A DNA stretch of 64,000 bases from Macrostomum lignano (Eukaryota): NCBI GenBank assembly GCA_002269645.1, contig NIVC01001001.1:1-64000 (forward strand), in the 5' to 3' direction. Below the pieces are notes generated by a model, which ran no database searches, was not told the origin of the DNA, and was given only the letters and a program-made list of their open reading frames with translations. The translations under genes and the position numbers were made by a program. Of the stretch, positions 50,523 to 62,831 are shown piece by piece. Positions within the stretch are counted from its first letter, which is position 1. The number at the start of each line of letters is the position of its first letter.

Positions 50523-50577
<55 letters not shown>

Positions 50578-50578
50578 G

Positions 50579-50609
<31 letters not shown>

Positions 50610-50610
50610 G

Positions 50611-50685
<75 letters not shown>

Positions 50686-51124
50686 GTATGCTTTTATGTC
50701 TTTGTGTCTTTCTGACTGTCAGGCTGTCTGTCTGTCTGTCTGTCTGGACTGTCTGTTTGTCTGTCTGTGTCTGTCTGTGTCTGTCTGTCTGTCCGTGTCT
50801 GTCTGTCTGTCTGTCAGGCTGTCTGTCTGTCTGTCTGTGTATGCTTTATGTCTTTGTGTCTTTCTGACTGTCAGGCTGTCTGTCTGTCTGTCTGTCTGGA
50901 CTGTCTGTTTGTCTGTCTGTGTCTGTCTGTGTCTGTCTGTCTGTCCGTGTCTGTCTGTCTGTCTGTCAGGCTGTCTGTCTGTCTGTCTGTGTATGCTTTT
51001 ATGTCTTTGTGTCTTTCTGACTGTCAGGCTGTCTGTCTGTCTGTCTGTCTGGACTGTCTGTTTGTCTGTCTGTGTCTGTCTGTGTCTGTCTGTCTGTCCG
51101 TGTCTGTCTGTCTGTCTGTCAGGC

Positions 51125-51155
<31 letters not shown>

Positions 51156-51156
51156 G

Positions 51157-51199
<43 letters not shown>

Positions 51200-51332
51200 G
51201 TGTCTGTCTGTCTGTCTGTCTGTCTGTGTGTCTGTCTGTCTGTCTGTCTGGCTGTCTGTCTGTCTGTCTGTCTGTCTGTGTGTCTGTCTGTCTGTCTGTC
51301 TGTGTGTCTGTCTGTCTGTCTGTCTGTCTGTG

Positions 51333-51383
<51 letters not shown>

Positions 51384-51408
51384 GTGTCTGTCTGTCTGTC
51401 TGTCTGTG

Positions 51409-51459
<51 letters not shown>

Positions 51460-51746
51460 GTATGCTTTTATGTCTTTGTGTCTTTCTGACTGTCAGGCTG
51501 TCTGTCTGTCTGTCTGTCTGGACTGTCTGTTTGTCTGTCTGTGTCTGTCTGTGTCTGTCTGTCTGTCCGTGTCTGTCTGTCTGTCTGTCAGGCTGTCTGT
51601 CTGTCTGTCTGTGTATGCTTTTATGTCTTTGTGTCTTTCTGACTGTCAGGCTGTCTGTCTGTCTGTCTGTCTGGACTGTCTGTTTGTCTGTCTGTGTCTG
51701 TCTGTGTCTGTCTGTCTGTCCGTGTCTGTCTGTCTGTCTGTCAGGC

Positions 51747-51777
<31 letters not shown>

Positions 51778-52242
51778 GTCTGTTTGTCTCTCTGTGTCTG
51801 TCTGTCTGCCTGTCTGTCTGTCTGTGTCTGTCTGTCTGCCTGTCTGTCTGTCTGTGTCTGTTTGTCTCTCTGTGTCTGTCTGTCTGTCTGTCTTTCTGTC
51901 TGTGTCTGTCTGTCTGTCTGTCTGTCTCTGTCTGGACTGTCTGTTTGTCTCTCTATGTCTGTCTGTCTGCCTGTCTGTCTGTCTGTGTCTGTCTGTCTGC
52001 CTGTCTGTCTGTGTCTGTCTGTCTGCCTGTCTGTCTGTCTGTGTCTGTTTGTCTCTCTGTGTCTGTCTGTCTGCCTGTCTGTCTGTCTGTGTCTGTCTGT
52101 CTGCCTGTCTGTCTGTCTCTGTCTGGACTGTATGTTTGTCTGTCTGTCTGTGTATGCTTGTATGTCTTTGTGTCTTTCTGACTGTCAGGCTGTCTGTCTT
52201 TCTGTCTCTGTCTGTCCTGTCTGTCTGTCTGTCTGTCTGTCT
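50055..52242. repeat. (GTCT)n microsatellite with an embedded recurrent cassette
   Basis: About 2.2 kb; the cassette GTATGCTTTTATGTCTTTGTGTCTTTCTGACTGTCAGG occurs about 7 times. Confidence 0.97.
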
Positions 52243-52737
52243 ATTCTGTACGCGTATGTACTCGTACCTGACAAGATCGGTAACTAGTAGATTTAACTAA
52301 AACAAATATAAGCTTTAGGCTTCTGTTCTATTCAATGATTCACAGTTCACAGAACCAAGTTACTCGTATTTAAACAGTTAAGCCTGTTAAGTATATATGA
52401 CCCTTAACGAAAACATACGAAAAGGTATTTAAAGTATAGTGTGGCTATATTATAATACAAGTAACCAATATACGCTGCAAAACCAGTGGCACTGTGTAGA
52501 TGCAAAAGTGCAAAAAAACATTAGGCCTGCACGAAAGTATCAAGAATAAAGTGCAATTATTCACTTTAGGACAGAATCAATATATTAAATAAATTTAGTG
52601 TTAGTAAATTAATTAACACCAGAGATTGGATAGAAATATTTGACACCATTTTAAAAGTGAAAAAATATATTCATTCTCTTTATATTGATATATACAATCG
52701 ACCGGACGTCTTTATATAAGTAGATGAAATATTTGGT

Positions 52738-53485
52738 CAGGGGGGAATTAAGAATGGGATCAGAGAAGAGGGAAATTAAGAATGGGATCAGGGGGGAGGG
52801 GAATTAAGAATGGGATCAGGGAGGAGGGGAATTAAGAATGGGATCAGGGAGGAGGGGATTCAGAATGGGATCAGGGGGGAGGGGAATTAAGAATGGGATC
52901 AGAAAGGAGGGGATTCAGAATGGGATCAGGGGGGAGGGGAATTAAGAATGGGATCAGGGAGGAGGGGATTCAGAATGGGATCAGGGGGGAGGGGAATTCA
53001 GAATGGGATCAGGGAGAAGGGGAATTAAGACAGGGGTCAGGGAGGAAAGGGGAATTCAGAATGGGATCAGGGAGGAGGGGAATTAAGAATGGGATTAGAG
53101 AGGAGGGGAATTAAGAATGGGATCAGGGAGAAGGGGAATTAGGAATGGGATCAGGGAGGAGGGGAATTAGGAATGGGATCAGGGGAGGAGGGGAATTAAG
53201 ACAGGGGTCAGAGAGGAAAGGGGAATTCAGAATGGGATCAGGGAGAAGGGGAATTAAGACAGGGGTCAGGGAGGAAAGGGGAATTCAGAATGGGATCAGG
53301 GAGGAGGGGAATTAAGAATGGGATTAGAGAGGAGGGGAATTAAGAATGGGATCAGGGAGGAGGGAGGGGAATTAAGAATGGGATCAGGGAGGAGGGGAAT
53401 TAAGAATGGGATCAGGGAGGAGGGGAATTCAGACAGGGGTCAGAGAGGAAAGGGGAATTAAGAATGGGATCAGGGAGGAGGGAAT
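52738..53485. repeat. G-rich ~28-bp minisatellite
   Basis: About 26 copies of GGGGAATTAAGAATGGGATCAGGGAGGA. Confidence 0.92.
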
Positions 53486-53627
53486 TATGCATGGTATTCA
53501 AAGCTGCAGCAAATGTGGGAATGAATGAATTAGCAAATTACGAAGAGCTAGGTAAAAATCAAAATTACCAGGGGGGTTAGAGACAATTTTCCTCTCTACA
53601 CATCCGCAATCAGATGGTTTCTTTAGG

Positions 53628-56600
53628 TCACGACTTCCCAGCGGCCCCTTTGCCTTTGCCTTTCGGCTTTCCGTCTCCATCCTGCGGCGGCGGCGGCTTG
53701 TTGAGCTGGTCAACCTTGGCCTTGAGCTCGTCGTGACTCTCGTGAATTGATTTGAACTCTTCAACACGAAGCTTCTGTTCTGATTGAATCTTCATGCCTA
53801 GCACAGTCTTGACAGTCTGCACCGCCTCGGCCAGCTTCCTCACCTGCGCGTGGCACTCTTCCAGCTCGGCTGCAGTCACGCCTCCGCCAGCGGCTGGCGC
53901 GGCGCCAGTGCTAGGGGCGCCAATTTTGGCGCGCAGTCGATCCAGCTCTTTGTTTAATTCGTCCACTGCTTTGGCGCGATCTGACACCTCGGCTGACAGG
54001 CTGGAGCGAAGATCGTCGCGAACTGTGCCGACCAGAGCGCTGGTGGAGCTCAGCTGGTGTTGGGGGACGTGAAGCCAAACTTAAATGTTCGCTCGTAGAT
54101 AACTACCCACTTCGGTGATTAGTGGGAAGCCGCTCTACCCACTTCGGTGATTAGTGGGAAGCCGATCTACCCACTTCGGTGATTAGTGGGAAGCTGCTCT
54201 ACCCACTTCGGTGATTAGTGGGAAGCCGATCTACCCACTTCGGTAATTAGTGGGAAGCTGCTCTACCCACTTCGGTGATTAGTGGGAAGCTGCTCTACCC
54301 ACTTCGGTGATTAGTGGGAAGCCGATCTACCCACTTCGGTAATTAGTGGGAAGCCGCTCTACCCACTTCGGTAATTAGTGGGAAGCTGCTCTACCCACTT
54401 CGGTAATTAGTGGGAAGCTGCTCCACCAACTTCGGTAATTAGTGGGAAGCTGCTCTACCCACTTCGGTAATTAGTGGGAAGCTGCTCTACCCACTTCGGT
54501 AATTAGTGGGAAGCCGCTCTACCCACTTCGGTAGTTAATAGGAAGCCGCTCTACCCACTTCGGTAATTAGTGGGAAGCTGCTCTACCCACTTCGGTGATT
54601 AGTGGGAAGCTGCTCTATCCACTTCGGTGATTAGTGGGAAGCTGCTCTACCCACTTCGGTGATTAGTGGGAAGCCGCTCTACCCACTTCGGTGATTAGTG
54701 GGAAGCCGATCTACCCACTTCGGTAATTAGTGGGAAGCCACTCTACCCACTTCGGTGATTAGTGGGAAGCCGCTCTACCCACTTCGGTAATTAGTGGGAA
54801 GCTGCTCCACCCACTTCGGTAATTAGTGGGAAGCTGCTCTACCCACTTCGGTAATTAGTGGGAAGCTGCTCTACCCACTTCGGTAATTAGTGGGAAGCCG
54901 CTCTACCCACTTCGGTAGTTAATAGGAAGCCGCTCTACCCACTTCGGTAATTAGTGGGAAGCTGCTCTACCCACTTCGGTAATTAGTGGGAAGCCGCTCT
55001 ACCCACTTCGGTAATTAGTGGGAAGCTGCTCTACCCACTTCGGTAATTAGTGGGAAGCCGCTCTACCACTTCGGTAGTTAATAGGAAGCCGCTCTACCCA
55101 CTTCGGTAATTAGTGGGAAGCTGCTCTACCCACTTCGGTAATTAGTGGGAAGCTGCTCTACCCACTTCGGTAATTAGTGGGAAGCCGCTCTACCCACTTC
55201 GGTAGTTAATAGGAAGCCGCTCTACCCACTTCGGTAATTAGTGGGAAGCTGCTCTACCCACTTCGGTAATTAGTGGGAAGCCGCTCTACCCACTTCGGTA
55301 ATTAGTGGGAAGCTGCTCTACCCACTTCGGTAATTAGTGGGAAGCCGCTCTACCCACTTCGGTAGTTAATAGGAAGCCGCTCTACCCACTTCGGTAATTA
55401 GTGGGAAGTTGCTCTACCCACTTCGGTAATTAGTGGGAAGCCGCTCTACCCACTTCGGTAATTAGTGGGAAGCTGCTCTACCCACTTCGGTAATTAGTGG
55501 GAAGCCGCTCTACCCACTTCGGTAGTTAATAGGAAGCCGCTCTACCCACTTCGGTAATTAGTGGGAAGCTGCTCTACCCACTTCGGTAATTAGTGGGAAG
55601 CCGCTCTACCCACTTCGGTGATTAGTGGGAAGCCGCTCTACCCACTTCGGTGATTAGTGGGAAGCCGCTCTACCCACTTCGGTGATTAGTGGGAAGCCGC
55701 TCTACCCACTTCGGTAATTAGTGGGAAGCCGCTCTACCCACTTCGGTAGTTAATAGGAAGCCGCTCTACCCACTTCGGTAATTAGTGGGAAGCTGCTCTA
55801 CCCACTTCGGTGATTAGTGGGAAACTGCTCTACCCACTTCGGTGATTAGTGGGAAGCCGATCTACCCACTTCGGTAATTAGTGGGAAGCTGCTCTACCCA
55901 CTTCGGTAATTAGTGGGAAGCCGCTCTACCCACTTCGGTAGTTAATAGGAAGCCGCTCTACCCACTTCGGTGATTAGTGGGAAGCCGCTCTACCCACTTC
56001 GGTGATTAGTGGGAAGCCGCTCTACCCAATTCGGTAATTAGTGGGAAGCCACTCTACCCACTTGGATCCTTAATGCAATAAAATTTTCACCCTGAAACTG
56101 CATCAGCTCACCAAGTCGTCCGTAGCATTCTGTCTATTCTGCACAGCGGTTATCTGTCCCTTAACCAGCTCCTGCCATTTTATTGAATCGTCGAATTTTT
56201 CAGTCAACTCGCGTAGTAGCGTTGCTAAATTCTGAAATTTAAACAGCAAGATTATCTTGTTTGCGATTGTCTTACAGATTTTATCAACACCAGCCTCTGG
56301 CGTCTATCCTCTGTATAGATATCTTAGAACCACCCCTGAACCACCAAAACCTTCACTTGCTACCTTTGGCAACCACCTGAACCCCTGACAACCTTCACTT
56401 GCTACCTTTGGCAACCACCTGAACCCCTGACAACCTTCATTTGCTACCTTTGGCAACCACCTGAACCCCTGACAACCTTCATTTTCTATCTTTGGCAACC
56501 ACCTGAACCCCTGACAACCTTCATTTTCTACCTTTGGCAACCACCTGAACCCCTGACAACCTTCATTTTCTATCTTTGGCAACCACCTGAACCCCTGACA

Positions 56601-59600
56601 ACCTTCATTTTCTACCTTTGGCAACCACCTGAACCCCTGACAACCTTCATTTTCTATCTTTGGCAACCACCTGAACCCCTGACAACCTTCATTTTCTACC
56701 TTTGGCAACCACCTGAACCCCTGACAACCTTCACTTGCTACCTTTGGCAACCACCTGAACCCCTGACAACCTTCATTTTCTACCTTTGGCAACCACCTGA
56801 ACCCCTGACAACCTTTATTTGCTACCTTTGGCAACCACCTGAACCCCTGACAACCTTCATTTTCTACCTTTGGCAACCACCTGAACCCCTGACAACCTTC
56901 ACTTGCTACCTTTGGCAACCACCTGAACCCCTGACAACCTTCACTTGCTACCTTTGGCAACCACCTGAACCCCTGACAACCTTCATTTTCTACCTTTAGC
57001 AACCACTTGAACCCCTAAAGAACCTTCACCTATTCTTGAAAACACCTAATAAAACCTTTAAACCACAGCAAAATTAGCGCAGATCCAAATCTCGTGCACG
57101 GTAACTTACATCCGTCTTCTGTTTTTCCTATAAAAAGTAAAGGAAGATGGTTTTTAATAATTCAGTTTTCTAACTACAGCAGTTTAACTGCAGTAGAGGC
57201 CAAGTTGCATTCTTACCAAATTAGCATTAGTATCAACCTTGTCAGTGAGCTTATCCAATTTGGTTGACAAAGATTGCATTCGCTCGTCAGTGTCAGTCAC
57301 GCGACGCATTGTCTCGCGTCTGTAATCTTCCAGCATCGTCTGCAGCTGCTGCGAGTCCTGTTTTAAGAGCGAGCATTTTTATAATAATTGTAGAAATATT
57401 TTAGTCCAGTCCAGTTTGATCTTTGTAAGTAGTATGTTAAGATTGTTATGTTAACTTCCTGTGTTGTAACAGCCCATGGGTGCTCTCAAAGTAACAACGA
57501 AATTAAACATCTCCTTTTATAAACATGCATCTTCTGAAATTGCTTTCTATACAGAGGCACGAGAACAGTATGTTAACTAGCAATCTGCGCCCCCCCCCGT
57601 AAGCCTTGACATGTCAGCAATTCCTCCCAAGATCCAAAGCATGAAAATATCTCGCGACAGATGCGAGCTGAGCTGATGTACGGACTGATTAGCGGTTAGC
57701 AAGCGCGGCAAAGAAAGGATAAAGTCGATAGACTAATAAAACAGGGTTAGAAAATTAACGGACTGATGTACATTTGTTAGCTGCGAGCGAGATAGATACG
57801 AGTAATCTAAATGTACATTCGCAGTGAAACACTAAGGGTGGGGGAGAGGATAGGCTTAGAAAATGGGGGGTTAGTGGGTGAAGACACGATGTACTTTTGT
57901 TGGCGGCCTCTGATAATGTACAGTGTCAATGAGTAATTAAATTAAAGAAGAACAGCTGAATATGCTGAGTATAAAAATAGTCAAATAGAAAGTCAAGAGC
58001 AATAAACTATAATTGATTGAATCAATTAAATTACGAGTAGGCTACGAGATTTACAAACAAAAAAATACATGCATTTACAGGAGGGCTGTGCTGTGTGCAC
58101 ACACTGGCGCAACGCCTTCGGTGACATCGCATCACAACCAGCACTCTGACAGTTCTGTCTGCCCATCCCCGCTGACTTCTGAATCCTGAGCCATATACAA
58201 ACATAAGGTGTACGACGCCTCGGTGATTGGCCCTCGTGGGTGTACGACGACCCCCGTGGCCATTTTTTTCTACTCAGCAAGGCCAAAATGAATGTGGCGC
58301 GAGTCAGGCGCGCTTTACCGGTGAACGGCTCTGCTACCTATTTTTATTCAATACTACCAAAAATACGAGGGTTGTCCCATAAATAGCGAGAAAAGCCGGT
58401 ACAGAGGCTGACTGTGATATTCGAATTTGATGCAACTTGCGTCATAAGTAGAAAAATATCCAACGGTTGTTTTGCTTTTTAAATGGGGTAAAAATGTCAA
58501 TTCAACCTAAATGTTCTAATTATAGGCATAACTTTTGAATTAATTGACATTTTTACCCCATTTAAAAAGCAAAACAACCGTGGGATTTTTTTCTACTTAT
58601 GACGCAAGTTGCATCAAATTCGAATATCACAGTCAGCCTCTATGTTTTCCCCGCTATTTCTAGAACAACCCTCGTAGTTGCGGATTTGAACTCACCGATG
58701 ACGGCAGATTGCGCAACTTCTGCGCCAGCGCCGCCACCTCTCGGTCGGTTTTGTCCGCCCGAGCCTCGGCGTCGCGCGCGTTCGCCGCCGATTTTGACGC
58801 GGCCGCCTCGGCCGCCTCCTGGGCCCGTCTGGCGGCTTCCACCAGCTCCACCGGCGGAGACATCGATGGCGGCGGCGGTGGCGGTGGCGCCTGTTGCTGC
58901 GGTGGTGGCGGCGCCGGCGGCGGTGGTTTCTGCTGCTTCAACGCCCGAATGGCCTCAGTAAGCCGCTGCTCCAGCTCCAGCCGAGCCTGGCGCTCCCGGC
59001 CAGACCGGATGTCCAGCTCGCCCAGCAGCATCCGCTCCGACTCCGTCTGGCCCCGGGCCGCCTCCTCCCGCAGCCGGACCTCTTTAGCCAGCATCCGCTG
59101 GTTCATCAGCTCCACAGCCTCCTGGATTCGAGTCTGCAACAGCAGCAGGTCAGCGTCCTGTAAGATGCTGCCGTTTCCAGCGGCACCGGAAGGCTTCTGC
59201 GACTGAGTTTGAGCCGCCTGCTGCTGCTGCTGCTGCAGCTGGGTGACCTGGCGCTCAAGCCGGCCTCGCTCGGCCGACTCGCGTTTCACCCGGTTCTTCA
59301 GATCCGACAGAGCGCGCTGGATGCCCGCCGCCGAGTTCCCGTCTCGATCTCGCGTCGCCTCACTGCTGCCGGGTCGCTGGTGCTGCTGGCTGGGCTTTTC
59401 CGGCTGTTGCTGGGGCTGCGGCGGGGGTGGCGGCGGCGGTAACGGTGGCGGGGGCGGCTGCGGAGCTGTCTGCTGATACTGCTGTTCGTATCGATCGTTT
59501 CGCCTTAGTGACGCAACCTGAATAATAATATTCGATAATAAAAAGATGATAAATAACTACAGGAGGGCCGCGAGCTGCAATGCCTTCGGCGACATCCACG

Positions 59601-61769
59601 CCAATTTTCGCACACGAATCGAACCAGGGGGTCGTGACTCGAGGGTGAGCTACGACCGTTAAGCTGCTCTGCCCTTTCCCCATAATATTCCGGGTTACTA
59701 ATAGCAGAGTCGTTGAAAGACGAGTTGTTTATTGCATGATAATCAACGATTGTTTTGATCATCGCCATTAAGGGTGATATTGGCCTTGAGAAGTGAAGTG
59801 TCGATAATATAAAGCGACCTTTTTTTAGGTCGCAGTTTGTGGACCACTCCTCATTAAGGATCATACTATCATCGACACAGGATGCGTTCTCATCATCAGA
59901 CAGTGCACACACTTCATAGGCTTGATTAGCTTCCAGTCCAATACACCCACCTCCTGAGCCAGCCTGTTTGTCAGTCTGTCCTGCTCCGCTCGACCTCTGG
60001 TCAACTCCGACAGTTCCGCTTCCAGCGCTTCAATCCGCGCCATTGTCTGCCGCTCCAGCCGGTCGATGCCTCCTCCGCCTCCTCCGCCGCCGTTTCCGCC
60101 GCCTCCTTGGTTCGCGGCCACGGCAGCTGCGGCCCGCATAACGGCCTCCTCCATCGCCTGTCGAGTTCGTCGCTCTTGCCTGGCTGTGTTCGACCGCAAC
60201 TCGTCCTGCGTGCGAGCCACCTCGGACAGTAGGGCCCGATTGGCGCGTTCGGCCACTCGAAGCCGCGCCTCCAGATTGCGCATCCGCTCCTCTGGACCTT
60301 CGGCACCGGCTGGCGTCGACGGCTGGTCGGCTCCGGCACCTGATCTGCCGACTAAGTCCTGAGATGGCCGAGCTATTGTTGGGAACTCCCATGCCCTGCG
60401 ATTGGAAATAGATCAAATACAGTTGGAATATATTTGGAGTGAGGTGGTTGCAAGACTGTGCGGAGAGTGCTGGGGGTAGGGAGTGAGGTGGTTGCAGGAC
60501 TGTGCGGAGAGTTCTGGGGGCAGGGAGTGAGGTGGTTGCAAGACTGTGCGGAGAGTGCTGGGGGTAGGGAGTGAGGTGGTTGCAGGACTTTGCGAAGAGT
60601 TCTGGGGGCAGGGAGTGAGGTGGTTGCAGGACTGTGCGAAGATTTCTGGGGGCAGGGAGTGAGGTGGTTGCAGGACTGTGCGGAGATTTCTGGGGGCAGG
60701 GAGTGAGGTGGTTGCAGGACTGTACGAAAAGTGCTGGGGTCAGGAGTGAGGTGGTTGCAGGACTGTGCGAAGAGTTCTGGAGGCAGGGAGTGAGGTGGTT
60801 GCAGGATTGTATGGAGATCACTTGGGGCAGGGATTGAAGTGGTTAATGACTTGCGGAGAGTGCTGGGGGACAGGGAGTGAGGCGGTTGTTTAAAAAAATT
60901 CCATTCAAAATAGTTATTGCCAAGGACGACTTAAGTAGAAGGACGGGAAACCTCGTTTCTTAGAAAAGTTTTGAAGGCACTTTTTCCCGAAAAAATACAC
61001 TACGGAGATAGGAAGTTTTCATTTTTTCAGCACAAAAATTGTTATTGCGTTTGATAGGAGGCAGATCCAGTGTTCATCTCTTGATATGTTGTGCCTTTTT
61101 ATTGCTCTATCGATATTTATAAAGCTTTTCGTTCAGAAAACTAGGATTCTATGTTAATTTTTGATTCTACGTATATTTCTTGTATCTAAAAATCACAAAA
61201 ATGCATGACACAGCTCCAATATTTGGTTTTATGAACCTATTTTATCATCTCTGTTACAAATATTTGCTACACAGTCGGGTAAGAATGATAAAATAGACTC
61301 ATAAAACCAAAGGCATTCTAATGTATTTCAAGCACAAGACACGCGAAGATATACGAAGAAAAAAAAATTAACATAGAATCCTAATTTCCTGAACGAAAAG
61401 CTTTATAAATATCGATAGAGCAATAAAAAAGGCACAACATATCAAAATATGAACACTGGATCTGCCTCCTATCAAACGCAATAACAATTTTTGTGCTGAA
61501 AAAATGAAAACTTCCTATCTCCGTAGTGTATTTTTTCGGGAAAAAGTGCCTTCAAAACTTTTCTAAGAAACGAGGTTTCCCGTCCTTCTACTTAAGTCGT
61601 CCTTGGTTATTGCATGTACAGTTTATGACTATTGTTTTGTGTATAATTTTAGGCATATTTATGATTTGAGTTTTTCCATTTGTAATGATTACTGTTACTG
61701 CCGATACGCAACTCACCTGATCGTTGGATTTCTGTTCCTAACAACGTAAGTCTGTTTTACTCCGTGCAT
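53628..61769 (-). CDS. Coiled-coil protein, tentatively CCDC154-like; exons 61769-61717, 60395-59951, 59517-58696, 57357-57217, 56231-56112, 54053-53628, ~668 aa
   Basis: All five junctions are GT-AG and phase-compatible, giving one open frame (MHGVKQTYVVRNRNPTIRAWEFPT...GKGKGAAGKS*). ERANRALLSEV and VKTVLGMKIQSEQKLRVEEF resemble CCDC154 ERATRSLLREL and NKTIQNLRFNTEARLRTQEM as recalled from memory, so the family call is weaker than the gene model. Confidence 0.75.
54103..56063. repeat. Minisatellite, 32-bp hairpin-forming unit (intron 5 of the coiled-coil gene)
   Basis: About 61 copies of CTACCCACTTCGGT(A/G)ATTAGTGGGAAGCCGCT. Confidence 0.97.
56330..57015. repeat. Minisatellite, 42-bp unit (intron 4)
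   Basis: About 16 copies of ACCTTTGGCAACCACCTGAACCCCTGACAACCTTCATTTTCT. Confidence 0.96.
58060..58340 (-). mobile_element. SINE-related element sharing its 3' ~110 bp with the tRNA-Glu SINE
   Basis: The reverse complement GGCTCAGG..AGTCAGCGGGGATGGGCAG..GCTGGTTGTGATGCGATGTCACC..GCGCCAGTGTGTGCACACAGC aligns to the SINE tail. The 5' part differs. Confidence 0.55.
58366..58674. mobile_element. Tc1/mariner-type MITE, 309 bp, almost fully palindromic
   Basis: TA|CGAGGGTTGT...ACAACCCTCG|TA termini with a TA duplication; arms of ~140 bp. Confidence 0.88.
60432..60890. repeat. Minisatellite, ~44-bp unit (intron 1 of the coiled-coil gene)
   Basis: About 10 copies of GGAGTGAGGTGGTTGCAGGACTGTGCGGAGAGTTCTGGGGGCAG. 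Confidence 0.92.
60921..61605. mobile_element. Foldback MITE, copy 2 (opposite orientation to copy 1)
   Basis: Same CAAGGACGAC termini; perfect 8-bp TSD GTTATTGC (60913-60920 and 61606-61613); the core is the reverse complement of the copy-1 core. Confidence 0.92.
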
Positions 61770-62472
61770 TATTAGGTATTTTCTGTTGTAATCGCTTCCG
61801 TATTGTGTGTGCCGCTTATTTTCCGAGTGAAAAATGTAACAAAACTAAAAGAAACGATTCACTGTTTCCCTGTTTAACACCGGTCTCTAGTCCCAGAAAT
61901 TCCTGCCTCTGCCTGGCAACGTAAGACAGCCAACCCCTAAGCCAGCCTCCATCTGGCTTCATCTGGACCAATTAAGTTCCCGCCGAAACTTGCTCTCCTT
62001 CCTCTCCACATTTCCTACAACTCTGTTCTTTCCTCGGCTGCAGTTCCAAAGCATTATTTTCCTGCGTACGCAGCCAGAGCTGTCCTGTTGCGTTCCCAGC
62101 TCTGCCTCCGCCCCCCCCCCAGCTCCCAGAATCTTCCTCTGGCCATCGCTGTCTCTCTCTACACCTGGCTGCGGAGTTCTCCCCAACCAAACGAATATGT
62201 ACTCACAAAACTTGAAAGGAAACGGCGCTCCCCTGCAGCTGGTCGACTCTTCTCCTCCCACAAGTCTCTCTTCCCATCTGCTGGGTTGCCATTGACAACC
62301 TGCGCGTACTCTGTTTATCTACACTAACCGATACATGAATACTTAATTATGCAATGCCACCAATTGAATACATTGTGGAATGCCTTGTTCTAAAACTTCA
62401 TCATCAACTTGAATGGATGCATTGGAATGGAGTTGGACTATTGCTAATTGTATCTTAATGACATCAAGGACA

Positions 62473-62831
62473 GGGGCCGTGGCCCAGTGGTGGCGCGGCG
62501 CTCTGATGTGCCAGCGGCCCAGGCTCGATTCCAAGCGCAGTCGCATTAATTTGGGGCTGAATCGGAATCTCGGCTTGGCTCTGCTCGTGCAATTAACGCC
62601 CTTGAGGCACAAGGCACAGTGAAGTGTACATGCCTAACGATAAATAAAATCTGAACTGCTGTGCACTCCTGTGAGTGTGTGCCTGTGCGTGTGCCTGCGT
62701 ACGTATCCGCGCGCTTGTGTGCCTGCTCAGGGGAGTCGGCGGAATGGGCAGCAATGCCTCTCGCCGGTTGTGTGACAATGTCGCTTAAAGTCCGCCAGGG
62801 TGCCACACAGCCCCTTGCTTCTAATAAAAAA
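62473..62831 (+). mobile_element. tRNA-derived SINE, copy 2
   Basis: GGGGCCGTGGCCCAGTGG head, GGCTCGATTCC B-box-like motif, body collinear with 438-772 plus a ~30-bp insertion, AATAAAAAA tail. Confidence 0.8.

Noticed and set aside
58200-58270. HDV, twister or hammerhead ribozyme in the SINE-like sequences
   Set aside because: I could not find the required P1 3' strand or a CTGANGA/GAAA core with pairing stems. An Infernal/Rfam or RNArobo search would be decisive.
59725-59740. TTTATTGCATG resembling a flatworm spliced-leader 3' end
   Set aside because: The upstream leader sequence, the following GT donor and an Sm site are absent.
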